From Octopus bimaculoides (lineage: Eukaryota), in the NCBI RefSeq assembly GCF_001194135.2, contig NC_068991.1:76134682-76170715 (forward strand): DNA of 36,034 nt, written 5' to 3'. The first letter of the stretch is position 1. Each line of letters starts with the position of its first letter. The notes beneath the pieces were generated by a model. The model was not told the DNA's origin and searched no databases. It worked only from the letters and a program-made list of their open reading frames with translations. Positions 26,256 to 36,034 of the stretch are shown one piece after another. The position numbers and the translations under genes are program-made.

Positions 26256-26640
26256 ACAAGTTCAAATTTATACTTGTAATTATTGGGGTACTGGGATATG
26301 TAACGTACTGCCTAAATACAAATCTTGGGAAATTAGTATTCTGAAAACTAGAAAGGAGAAAGCTGATTCGAAAACTACAGATCCAATTCACCACTGAAAC
26401 TGTAAAAATCTGTAAAACTTTCCAAAAGTTTATCACTTAAGTAGATATGAGCATGTCTAGATATGCAAGTATATGCACGATAAGACATATATACAACACA
26501 ACATATAAATCTGCACGTATACATAAATACAAAAATACCCTGTTGTTGATCTTGAAATTTCAATGAAAGAGCCTTGAATCTGGATTAGAAACCGGCTCTT
26601 TCTCTATTGGCAAGAAATCTTGAAAAAAACTGAATAACGA
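26256..26640 (+). mobile_element. R4-like (RLE) retrotransposon 3' end: ORF C-terminus plus 3' UTR (copy 3)
   Basis: Translates as HKFKFILVIIGVLGYVTYCLNTNLGKLVF*KLERRKLIRKLQIQFTTETVKICKTFQKFIT* (stop 26438-26440). The PVIIGALG-like motif is typical of R4-clade C-termini. The 3' UTR matches 15629-15870 in reverse. Confidence 0.85.
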
Positions 26641-27104
26641 TATACATACAAACGTATATATTACACATATACGTATGCATGTGCCTACTGAAGGGATTCA
26701 CCCAGTTTTCTCTGGACGAAATACCGCAACCTACAAGCGTTAAAAGAAATGAACATCCACACATTACGAATGTGATATGTAAATTATGTTTACCCCGTTA
26801 GATTTGCTTCAGACTCAAATCTTAATTTTCTTTTCATTTACGTTACAATGTCGCACGTTAGCAAATACCTTTTATCCGTATATAGCTAAGACTAGCGATT
26901 TGAATTATTTTATGAAGTGACTCATCTATGTGGAATCAATGAGAGGAACTAATAGACAACTATCTATACCTATCGTTCTCGTGCATTTCTGTGGCAACTT
27001 GTTTCGCCTCGGTTGGCATTGTACTATCTTCTCTAGCATTCTACGTCTTCAAGGGATTTTTCCTAGACGAAATTATGCAGCTTATAAACATTTCATCAAA
27101 ACCA

Positions 27105-27478
27105 ATACATTAAGTACATTATTTACATTTGACGGATATTTGTCATCATCTTGTTTGTTGTTAACACGTTTCGTCTGATATACTCTCCAAACTTCTTCAG
27201 GTGTCCTGGAGAAATTTCGAGCCTGGGTTCTCATTTTTCAATGTTATTATTATTATGTTGTTGTTGTTGTTTTTTCTTCTTTCTTCAAATTTTCTTCCAT
27301 TTCTCGCCGAGTGTTTTCCGTATACCTAGGACAGAGAAGCTCATTATATGCATTCCAAGTTTACTCACGCAAATTCACAGGTAAAATATGTATTTAAAAA
27401 AAAAAATTATTATTCAGATCACTGCCCGGAATCGAACTTGGAATCTTGAGGTTAGTAGCACGCACTCTCAACCACTTT
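27105..27478 (-). mobile_element. tRNA-headed non-autonomous element with a Penelope-type hammerhead-like segment
   Basis: On the minus strand there is an A-box-like agtggttgagag (27465-27476) and a B-box agttcgattcc (27428-27438), followed by T11, a spacer, (AAC)n/(AAT)n and then the hammerhead-like motif at 27163-27205. Confidence 0.7.
27163..27205 (-). ncRNA. Minimal type-I hammerhead-ribozyme-like motif, probably inactive in this copy
   Basis: The minus strand reads GACAC CUGAAGA A GUUUG gagaguauau CAGAC GAAA CGU GUU: a CUGANGA core, a 5-bp stem II, GAAA and a palindromic ACGU. Position 17 is G and the stem I 3' arm is incomplete. Confidence 0.6.
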
Positions 27479-27479
27479 G

Positions 27480-28250
27480 TTCATGGACTTCTAGTCAGTC
27501 TTGTAGGCGTTCAGGTTGGCTAGCGCTTAGGATCCAGCAGTGTTGTATGATTCTTTACTTAGCTTTGGACCATATATTGACAGTTCTATCATGTTATGGT
27601 CTGAGTGAGTAGACGGTGATATGTTTATGTTGTGGATAAGTCCATATTGTTTGAGAAGCAGAGGTCTAGGATGTTTTTACTTCTGGTTGGGGAAAGTATG
27701 CTGCATGAACATCATTTTCGTGAGATCTACTAGAGATTCTGCCTGATTGCATTCTTTTCGTGTCAGTCCTGAGGTTATGACACCTTCAGGCCATCTAATG
27801 CTGGGGAAGTTGAAGTCACCCATCAGAAGTGCATTAAGGCATTAGTCTTGGTGTGTGAGTTCATCTTTTATCTTTGTAAGATATTCCTCAAACTTGCCAT
27901 CGTAGTTTGAGGCATTGGATGGGCAGTATAATGTGCATATTACCACGTCAATTTACTTAAGACGTACTATGAGTGTGTTGCAGACCGCATTCGAATGTGA
28001 CACCAGTGTCAGTGCTGTCACACCATGGCTGTACATTGCAACTCCACCGTGACTTCTCTTTTTTCTGTCTGTGCGGAACACAGTGTACATTGGTACGTGT
28101 ATCTCAGCGTCATGTATGTCTGCAGACAGATGAGTCTCTGTGAGTGCAATGCATACAGCTTGATTGCATGCAGAAAGTTCTCCCAAGCATGCTCTTGCTG
28201 TTGTTTTGCAAGAGGCCTCTAATATTCATCAGCAGAATTGGTGTCTTATT
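27480..28250 (-). pseudogene. APE-type endonuclease of a CR1-like LINE (5' part of ORF2); RT domain absent
   Basis: All APE motifs are present in order: LMNIRGL, ALTETHL, FRTDRKKRSHGGVAMY, TLYCP, LMGDFNFPSIRW (GDFN at 27809-27820), NILDLCFSNN (27646-27675) and SDHNMI (27587-27604). It has several stops and frameshifts. Confidence 0.95.
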
Positions 28251-28439
28251 TTATAGATTTGGCCTCACGAGTTCATAGGAGCGGCTGAGTTCTTTCTTTT
28301 TACGTTCTATCTGCGCCTTGGTGCTATTGAATCCATTGTTTTTCAGGGCTGCAGTAATCACATTATTGGGTGGGTCATTTTCGGTAGCAACCCAAGCCCG
28401 GAGGAGTTGGTCTATTTTTGTGTCCTTCCAGGTTGCCAT
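28251..28439 (-). CDS. Intact 62-aa Myb/SANT-like (trihelix/MADF-type) ORF in the ORF1 position of the LINE
   Basis: MATWKDTKIDQLLRAWVATENDPPNNVITAALKNNGFNSTKAQIERKKKELSRSYELVRPNL fits the W-x6-LL-x2-W..I-x3-L-x3-GF-x2-T-x2-QI-x2-K-x-K-x-L-x3-Y pattern. The start context is gagATGG. The domain call is by eye and expression is unknown. Confidence 0.65.
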   Translation of the reverse strand: MATWKDTKIDQLLRAWVATENDPPNNVITAALKNNGFNSTKAQIERKKKELSRSYELVRPNL

Positions 28440-28564
28440 CTCGACTGTGTTACAACTTCCTTTATGACGTGTGATTCATTGACGAGTGCAGAAAGAGGGA
28501 GAGAGGGGGTACGCGATAGAGATATCATGGGACATGGAGGAGTAGTTGATGGGAAAATGAGAAC

Positions 28565-28767
28565 AGAGTGGAGCAGAAGAGGGTGGGAGGGGTGTTAGAA
28601 GAGAAGATAGGAGTAGAGTCGAGCAGAAGAGTATAATAGGAGAGGGAGGGAGGTTAGGCGAGGAAAGCAAGGAGGACAAATTGACAGGAGAGAGGGGGTG
28701 CAGGGATTCTAGGCGAGGAAAGTGAGGAGAGCAAATTGATAGAAGAGAGGTGGGAACAGGGGTTCTA
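28565..28767. repeat. Purine-rich degenerate minisatellite (50-56 bp period), putative LINE 5' region
   Basis: taggcgaggaaag..ggag..caaattga..gagagg occurs at 28655 and 28710; gagcagaagag occurs at 28571 and 28621. Confidence 0.75.
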
Positions 28768-29065
28768 CAATCGCACGGAAAATTCATTCAAGAAAGTTTA
28801 GCTGATATAAACCTTTTTTTTGTTTTCAAATGTCCCACTGTATGGGACAAATTTACGTTAACAAGCTTCTAGCATCCAGTATCAATTGCTTAAAGGGTTT
28901 TCCCTTGTATTTATTATTTCTTTTCAAAAGCCGATTTGTGTATTTATATTTGTATATATGTGCTTCTCAATGTGAGTCTGTAAGAAAAATAAAGCTGAAA
29001 AGTTTTGAGTCGAGAATGTAAACAAAGCGATCGATTATCGGTATGTGGCGGTTTTTACTCTATAC

Positions 29066-29137
<72 letters not shown>

Positions 29138-30604
29138 ATATATGTGTGTGTCAGTGTGTGTTTATATATATNNNNNNNNNNNNNNNNNNNNNNNNNNNNN
29201 NNNNNNNNNNNNNNNNNNNNNNNNNNNNNNNNNNNNNNNNNNNNNNNNNNNNNNNNNNNNNNNNNNNNNNNNNNNNNNNNNNNNNNNNNNNNNNNNNNNN
29301 NNNNNNNNNNNNNNNNNNNNNNNNNNNNNNNNNNNNNNNNNNNNNNNNNNNNNNNNNNNNNNNNNNNNNNNNNNNNNNNNNNNNNNNNNNNNNNNNNTAT
29401 ATATAGATATGTATATATAATTTTACTTGCTCACTTATTTGTTTATTTCGTTTTCTCTCAAGGGTTTCACATCGAAAATGTAAAAAGGATTTACGCTTAC
29501 CTTCAGTATCCCACGTGGAATAAATTTCATTCAGCGACCACGATATCTTGCTGCTGTATTGTGTTTTATTCCAATATATTACCTAGTAATATATTGAATT
29601 ACACTCAATATGCAGCGGCTTTTGTTTGGGTTCTTCACAGATTTCGAACGGTTTCAACGGTTACCTTAAATATTTAACATGGAAGATATGCAATAAACTT
29701 TGTTTACCAGAAATAATTCAGGGAGTTTCTACAAATATGATAACTTTCCGATCTATTCTATTTTATTTCAATATAGTTTCTAGTAATATATTAAATGACC
29801 CTTAATATGCAGAGAATTCCGGTTGGATTAGTCTACTTGTTTCAAACCGTTTCAAGGTATCCGAGGAAGATTTTCTTACAGACTTTGCAGCAAATATTGG
29901 CACGTCTTCAGCATGCAGGAACCCATATCAAAAATAAAGGACTTACTCCATCTGATTACAGATATAAGCCAGAATATAGTAGCGAACACAAAAAAATATA
30001 TATATTAAAAATTAGAGATTTCCCTCCCCTTTACTACAAAATGAATGAGTGAACAATTATCTCCCCTATCAATATTTTTTTCCCTACCAAATTTATCTCT
30101 TTCACTCACAATTTGATTAACAATTTGAAACCTGTAGTTGCTTCAATTATGTTGAAAGAGCAACACCTTATTTTGTACAAAATTGTATATCTTTATTATC
30201 ATGGCTTTAATATACTTTTAAATCCTGAAAAACAAATCTTCTCTGCTTTTTCATCTTTTCTCTTTCTCTCTAGCTCTCACTCTCTAGNNNNNNNNNNNNN
30301 NNNNNNNNNNNNNNNNNNNNNNNNNNNNNNNNNNNNNNNNNNNNNNNNNNNNNNNNNNNNNNNNNNNNNNNNNNNNNNNNNNNNNNNNNNNNNNNNNNNN
30401 NNNNNNNNNNNNNNNNNNNNNNNNNNNNNNNNNNNNNNNNNNNNNNNNNNNNNNNNNNNNNNNNNNNNNNNNNNNNNNNNNNNNNNNNNNNNNNNNNNNN
30501 NNNNNNNNNNNNNNNNNNNNNNNNNNNNNNNNNNNNNNNNNNNNNTCTCTCTCTCTCTCTATCTCTCTCTCTCTCTCTCTCTCTTTCTCTGTATGCATAT
30601 ATCA

Positions 30605-30925
30605 ATATCGAAATTTTTCGGCCATCTTGAAGAAGGCTGAACCACTCGTTCAGTTGTGTGCGGCTCATACACTCCTCTTCATACACTTTCTGCATCTCTG
30701 CATAGGCCTCTGAACAGGTATCGCCATGACAAGTTTCTCTGTCATGGGAATGCAACGATCACACGCTACACACTTTCTTTCCAAGCACTGCTGTAAACAG
30801 CGGGAGTGAGCTAAAATGTTAAAACGTAGTGCGCATGCATAGCACTGTTCAAGGTCAATCTGTGCTAGACGGCTTCTCTCTACATGCCTCATCTTTGTTA
30901 CTATTGATACTTATTGATCAAGCCT

Positions 30926-30929
<4 letters not shown>
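30605..30929 (-). mobile_element. Mariner 5' end: TIR plus transposase N-terminus
   Basis: The terminus on the minus strand is ta|caaggcttgatcaataagtatc. It then translates as MTEKL..GDTCSEAYAEMQKVYEEECMSRTQLNEWFSLLQDGRK, the first HTH of a mariner transposase, and breaks off near the (CT)n/gap. Confidence 0.88.
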
Positions 30930-30962
<33 letters not shown>

Positions 30963-30993
30963 NNNNNNNNNNATATATATATATATATCTACA

Positions 30994-31030
<37 letters not shown>

Positions 31031-31070
31031 GCAGACACAAAAAAACACAAACAAACACACATATATGTAT

Positions 31071-31468
31071 AGGCGCAGGTGTGGCTGTTTGGTAAGTAGC
31101 TTGATTACCAACCACATGGTTCCGGTTTCAGTCCCTCTGCGTGGCACCTTGGGTAAGTGCCGTCTGCTATAGCCTCGGGCCAACCAAAGTCTTGTGAGTG
31201 GATTTGGATGTCGGAAACTGAAAGAAGCGCGTCGTATATACATGTATGTGTGTGTGTGTATGTATATGTTTGTGTCTGTGTTTGTCCCCCATCATCGCTT
31301 GACAACCGATGTTGGTGTGCTTACATCCCTGTAACTTAGCAGTTCAGCAATGGAGAACGATAGAATAAGTACTAGGCTTACAAATAAGAAGTCCTAGGGT
31401 CGATTTGGTCGACTAAAGGTGGTGCTCCACTATGGCCGCAGTCAAATCATGGAAGCAAATAAAAGAAT
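31071..31468 (+). mobile_element. Full-length tRNA-derived SINE, family A
   Basis: The head aggcgcaggtgtggctgtttggtaagtagcttgattaccaaccacatggttccggtttcagtccc is followed by internal (TG)n and a body and tail matching 1-246. Confidence 0.95.
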
Positions 31469-31554
31469 ATATATCCCTCCCTCTTACTCTCTTTCTTCCT
31501 CTCCCTCTCTCTCTCCCTCCCTCTCTCTAGGTTAATATTAGGTCCAATACTATC

Positions 31555-31640
31555 ATTGCAGATGGCGCTAACGGTGGCGAAATGGCTTCTGTCCGTTCTT
31601 CAAATACTGCTAAGGTAGACTTCGAAATTCATTCCTCTGC
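31555..31640 (+). mobile_element. Degraded family B SINE head
   Basis: gcagatggcgctaacggtggcgaaatgg..ttcaaatactgctaaggtagactt..ttcattcc resembles the minus-strand head of 3780-4006. Confidence 0.5.
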
Positions 31641-32219
31641 CAATTTAACCCCCTAACCAGCATCTCTAAATTTCAAGCTTTGTGTCAACTTCCGAAATAA
31701 TTATTAGTAACTAATTTTGTTTGAGCTAGAAACTTCGTAACATAAATTTTATAAGTGCATCAAGTTGTGTGAAATATTCGTTATCTGATTAAAATCAATT
31801 TGTTTAGGTGCGTATGTGTTATGCTGACTTTTGGAAATACGTAATTTTGTTTTCTTGTATACAAGTTCATAATGATAGCTTTGTTTTTGTTTTGCTCGCT
31901 GTAAATAAGATAATTCCAAATTAAGATGAACAACTTACTCTCCAAACTAATTTAATGCTATAGATTGAATTAAGCGGAATACATAACGACCTCTTACGAC
32001 CAATTAATTTGCAGCTGTAAAATATTTAGACCTCTGAACTAAGAGTCTATTTCATTAGTATGTTTGTTTTTTAACCCTAGGTACCAGCTAAGATTAAGTA
32101 AACTTATGACTAACACTTTTTAGCGATTATTATTATCATTATTGTTATTATTATTACGCGTTTTCCCAAGCCCTACAACATATTAGCCAATATCTTTGCT
32201 TTTTCGACAAGAGTTATTC

Positions 32220-32267
32220 ATCAGATCCAATATACATCGGATCCAATATACATCGGATCCAATATAT
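32220..32267. repeat. Tandem repeat, 16 bp x 3 (atcggatccaatatac)
   Basis: atcagatccaatatac / atcggatccaatatac / atcggatccaatatat, directly adjacent. Confidence 0.95.
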
Positions 32268-34099
32268 ACTAGCCTTCGCATTAAGTTTATCACATTAAAT
32301 GAAGTTCAGTTAAAATTTATATATTTTTATGTTTATCATAAATAAGATGTATGGAATTTCGGGACATATTTATGGTGGGTGAAAAATGCAGTGATATAAT
32401 TTCAGAAACATGAAATTCATTACTTTTCGCTAGATATAATAGACATTATAATTCGGCTGATCAGTTAATTATGGCTATTTTAATGTTTAGTGTGTAAAAC
32501 CAACATAAACCTAGATATTTAAATTTATGTAGAAATATTGTACTTTTATTTTAATCATTCATATTTGTTTCTTTAATTACTTTAGTCTAGCGTTATCCTT
32601 TTCTAGTTCCTGTTCTTTCGTTACTGATATGAAATCTAAATACGTCTTGGAAATGAATACATAATATTGGATTACTATTTATATCTGGATACGGTAACGT
32701 TGAGCTTAAAATACCGGGACTTTGGCTTTTATAAATATATTCATGCAAAGATTGTGCGGATCAATTTCTTGTGTATCGTTAGACAGTGATGAATTATCCA
32801 GGAGTGAATAATACATTCCATTGAATATAAAGAATGATTATGTTTCCTGTTGGTGTAAAAAAAACAAAAAATGCCGATCACGTCTTTATTCTTCTTGTAA
32901 CGGATTCAGAATGGAATATTTCAATACTCCAGGGAAAATATGTTTGTCGATTACATATATATTATTTTCTACTCTATTTATTTATTCATTCGGGTTTCCT
33001 AATGAAATAATATTTCACCTTCGGGACGGGATAAAAATAATCATGTACACTTCTAGGAATTTGCTCGAGATGCTTCGACGAAATCTATCATGTTAAGAGG
33101 GTACATTAGACTGTACATATCAAATTCATTGCCTGCTACAGCTAAGTTTTCTACTCAATACACCAACTATTTCAGACTTAGAAGTCATAATCATATACAT
33201 ACATACCTATATGCATATATATATAATATATGTATATATATATATATATATNNNNNNNNNNNNNNNNNNNNNNNNNNNNNNNNNNNNNNNNNNNNNNNNN
33301 NNNNNNNNNNNNNNNNNNNNNNNNNNNNNNNNNNNNNNNNNNNNNNNNNNNNNNNNNNNNNNNNNNNNNNNNNNNNNNNNNNNNNNNNNNNNNNNNNNNN
33401 NNNNNNNNNNNNNNNNNNNNNNNNNNNNNNNNNNNNNNNNNNNNNNNNNNNNNNNNNNNNNNNNNNNNNNNNNNNNNNNNNNNNNNNNNNNNNNNNNNNN
33501 NNNNNNNNNNNNNNNNNNNNNNNNNNNNNNNNNNNNNNNNNNNNNNNNNNNNNNNNNNNNNNNNNNNNNNNNNNNNNNNNNNNNNNNNNNNNNNNNNNNN
33601 NNNNNNNNNNNNNNNNNNNNNNNNNNNNNNNNNNNNNNNNNNNNNNNNNNNNNNNNNNNNNNNNNNNNNNNNNNNNNNNNNNNNNNNNNNNNNNNNNNNN
33701 NNNNNNNNNNNNNNNNNNNNNNNNNNNNNNNNNNNNNNNNNNNNNNNNNNNNNNNNNNNNNNNNNNNNNNNNNNNNNNNNNNNNNNNNNNNNNNNNNNNN
33801 NNNNNNNNNNNNNNNNNNNNNNNNNNNNNNNNNNNNNNNNNNNNNNNNNNNNNNNNNNNNNNNNNNNNNNNNNNNNNNNNNNNNNNNNNNNNNNNNNNNN
33901 NNNNNNNNNNNNNNNNNNNNNNNNNNNNNNNNNNNNNNNNNNNNNNNNNNNNNNNNNNNNNNNNNNNNNNNNNNNNNNNNNNNNNATATATATATGTACA
34001 TGCAGACAAATATTCATATTACATTCACACGTGTATACATAAATACACTTATTTAGTTACACACATATATATATATATACATATGTAAAAGAACTCTAC

Positions 34100-34378
34100 A
34101 CAAATTCAATGATTATTACATAATACACACATTTTCACGTGTATTTCTGAAAGCGTTCTTGGAAGTTGGCCTCCACTCTATCCAGGATTGCTCCGTCGAT
34201 TCCACGCGAATAGCTTCCTTGAAATCGTTCAATGTATGCGCATACACACGTACCTTGACGTTTCGCCACACGAAATAACTACACATCGACAAATGAGGGG
34301 ACTGAGGGGGCCAAGGAATGTCAGCAAACCTGAAAATAAGGCGGTCACCGAAAAGAGGGCGAAGAAGGTCCATTAATA
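34100..34378 (-). mobile_element. Tc1/mariner-superfamily (maT/Tc1-like) transposase C-terminal relic
   Basis: MDLLRPLFGDRLIFRFADIPWPPQSPHLSMCSYFVWRNVKVRVYAHTLNDFKEAIRVE matches the RLISRxGDIxWPPRSPDLxxCDFFLWGYLKxxVY motif. Confidence 0.88.
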
Positions 34379-34439
34379 CTCTGAAAAATGACATACATAT
34401 AAACGTATATACATGTGCACACACATATACACATATACT

Positions 34440-34725
34440 TGAGACGATCAACGGAACACACTATTTATGAAATTAACGTGCAAGTGCATAAGGAACCCAC
34501 TGGATAGCGAACCCTTAATGTAGTTCTCAGAAATATGCAATGCGACGCAGAATGGTTCAAGGTTCGTTCTTTAAATTACAGGTACAAGTCATTGAGTTGA
34601 ATGAGTGAACTAGAACAACGTGAAATAAATCGTCTTCGTCAGGTACACAACGCGCTATCCAGAACCGAACTCACGATCGGAAGCTTGTGAAGCGAATCCC
34701 CTATCCACTGAGCCATGCTCCTTCA
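34440..34725 (-). mobile_element. tRNA-derived SINE, family C
   Basis: The minus-strand head is tgaaggagcatggctcagtggatagg..cgtgagttcggttctgg, and the 3' part matches 7512-7590. Confidence 0.8.
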
Positions 34726-34802
34726 TCACACACATGCACACACACTTAATATATATATGTAAAGATATTTGTACAAAAATACACGGGCGCTCATATATAG
34801 AT

Positions 34803-34918
<116 letters not shown>

Positions 34919-35077
34919 ACATAGACACATGTATATGATCGACCAGACTGTAGGACACGTTTATACATCGCCAGCTTTTGCATCGTTTTAGATTTCGAAT
35001 AATGCCACTGCGCTAGTAGACAAGCAAACCAAAATTCCCCCTTGATCAGAACGAGAGTCTGTGACTGGTTTACGAGC

Positions 35078-35201
35078 GGACTAGTGTAATGTGATATGAA
35101 CTGTTTTGGTCAAGAACACTATGTGCCGCTTTGTCCAGGAATCGAATCCACGATATAGCAATCGTGATTGCAACACCCTAACCATCAGGCCACGTGCCTT
35201 C
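35078..35201 (-). mobile_element. tRNA-like SINE head, related to family C
   Basis: The minus strand reads gaaggcacgtggcctgatggttagggtgttgc..gtggattcgattcctgg..gtgttcttgaccaaaacagttcatatcac, with A- and B-box-like motifs. Confidence 0.7.
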
Positions 35202-35460
35202 TCACACACACACACACATACACATGCACATATACACACATACACACATATACACATACACACATATATAATTTATTCTTAGAGGTAAATTTCCTCTATA
35301 TAGAGAAGACACACCGAAGCGCTCAAGACATTTGAACCATAGCAAAAATAGGAAAAATAATGAGAAACAAAACCTGGGTTACAATAAAATATATTCCGTT
35401 CTGAAAATTGTATAGATTTATAAATATACCAAAAATACATTGAAAGTATATAAATATAAT

Positions 35461-35525
35461 CACTGGCGGTGCCCCAGCATGGCCACAGCCTAAAAGCTGA
35501 ATCATATAAGGGAATACAAGAATAA
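35461..35525 (+). mobile_element. SINE 3' tail fragment
   Basis: ggcggtgccccagcatggccacag..ctgaa matches ggcggtgctccagcatggccacag..ctgaa at 188-224. Confidence 0.7.
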
Positions 35526-35965
35526 AATAATATCCATACAAATACACTAAGAATATATTAAAATTATACAAATATATAGGTCTACCTAGAACTATACATT
35601 ATACAAATATATAGTTGTACTTAGAATGTGTTGGGTTTAAAATCAGAGTTGAATGCTATAAATCCATATGGAAGTTTACAGGTCCTTAAGATCCGATCGC
35701 CGTTCCTGTGGACATAATGATCCAGAGATATAATAGATTTTAAGGTCTATTAATTCATACCAAGGAATATGCTTACACTTGTTATGCTGATGTGATGGAA
35801 TTTTAATTTGACAGAATTTATTAAAAATCTACACTTAGGTGTTGCGGGGTGTTTCTTTTTAAGGGAAGTAGGTGGGGGAATATACTTATTACTAAAACAT
35901 AACTATTATATATATATATATCAAAGTTTTTTTTCTTCTCTCTCGCTGTTTATTTCCTCGTGTTC

Positions 35966-36001
35966 CTTTCTGTTGAAGAGCATAGGTTCGAAACGTAAAA
36001 G
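35966..36001 (+). ncRNA. Minimal type-I hammerhead-ribozyme-like motif in a probable Penelope-like terminal repeat cut by the window end
   Basis: Reads CUUU CUGUUGA A GAGC auag GUUC GAAA CGU A AAAG. Stem I is CUUU/AAAG, stem II is GAGC/GUUC, stem III is the palindrome ACGU and the cleavage triplet is GUA. The core has U in place of A6. Confidence 0.65.
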
Positions 36002-36034
36002 ACCTTCTCACCTTCCCGGGTGTTAAACTAATAC

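Noticed and set aside
26943-27113. ATG-less frame with a hydrophobic, transmembrane-like stretch
   Set aside because: No start codon, no convincing splice sites and no recognisable family.
29843-29911. Third hammerhead candidate on the minus strand (ctgaaga..gaaacggt)
   Set aside because: About 50 nt separate the core halves, with no closing stem II and no matching stem I.
24725-30929. Idea that the mariner 5' piece (30605-30929) and 3' piece (24725-25200) are one split element
   Set aside because: The TIRs differ (caaggcttgatcaataagtatc vs tcaggtcatcccataagttctg), so they are separate families.
32220-32267. Short direct repeats considered as a CRISPR array
   Set aside because: The units are adjacent with no spacers, no cas genes are present, and the context is eukaryotic.

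Overview
This is eukaryotic, AT-rich, repeat-dense non-coding DNA. The tRNA-derived SINE families, dense microsatellites and 13 N-gaps (about 3.5 kb, almost all at microsatellites) suggest an octopus short-read assembly; that attribution is pattern recognition, not a database result. I found no host gene exon that I can support, and most supplied ORFs are artefacts of N-runs or microsatellites. The window is a transposon graveyard with several SINE families, four Tc1/mariner-superfamily relics (one interrupted by a SINE with a 17-bp TSD), a Tigger/pogo-like MITE, a Helitron relic, three fragments of an R4-like (RLE) retrotransposon and the 5' part of a CR1-like LINE. Three observations stand out. 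(1) An intact 62-aa Myb/SANT-like ORF lies in frame with the LINE's APE endonuclease, separated by one TAA. (2) Two minimal type-I hammerhead-ribozyme-like motifs of the Penelope type are present, one downstream of a tRNA-like Pol III head. (3) All three R4-like fragments have junctions in (TACA)n microsatellites, suggesting target specificity.
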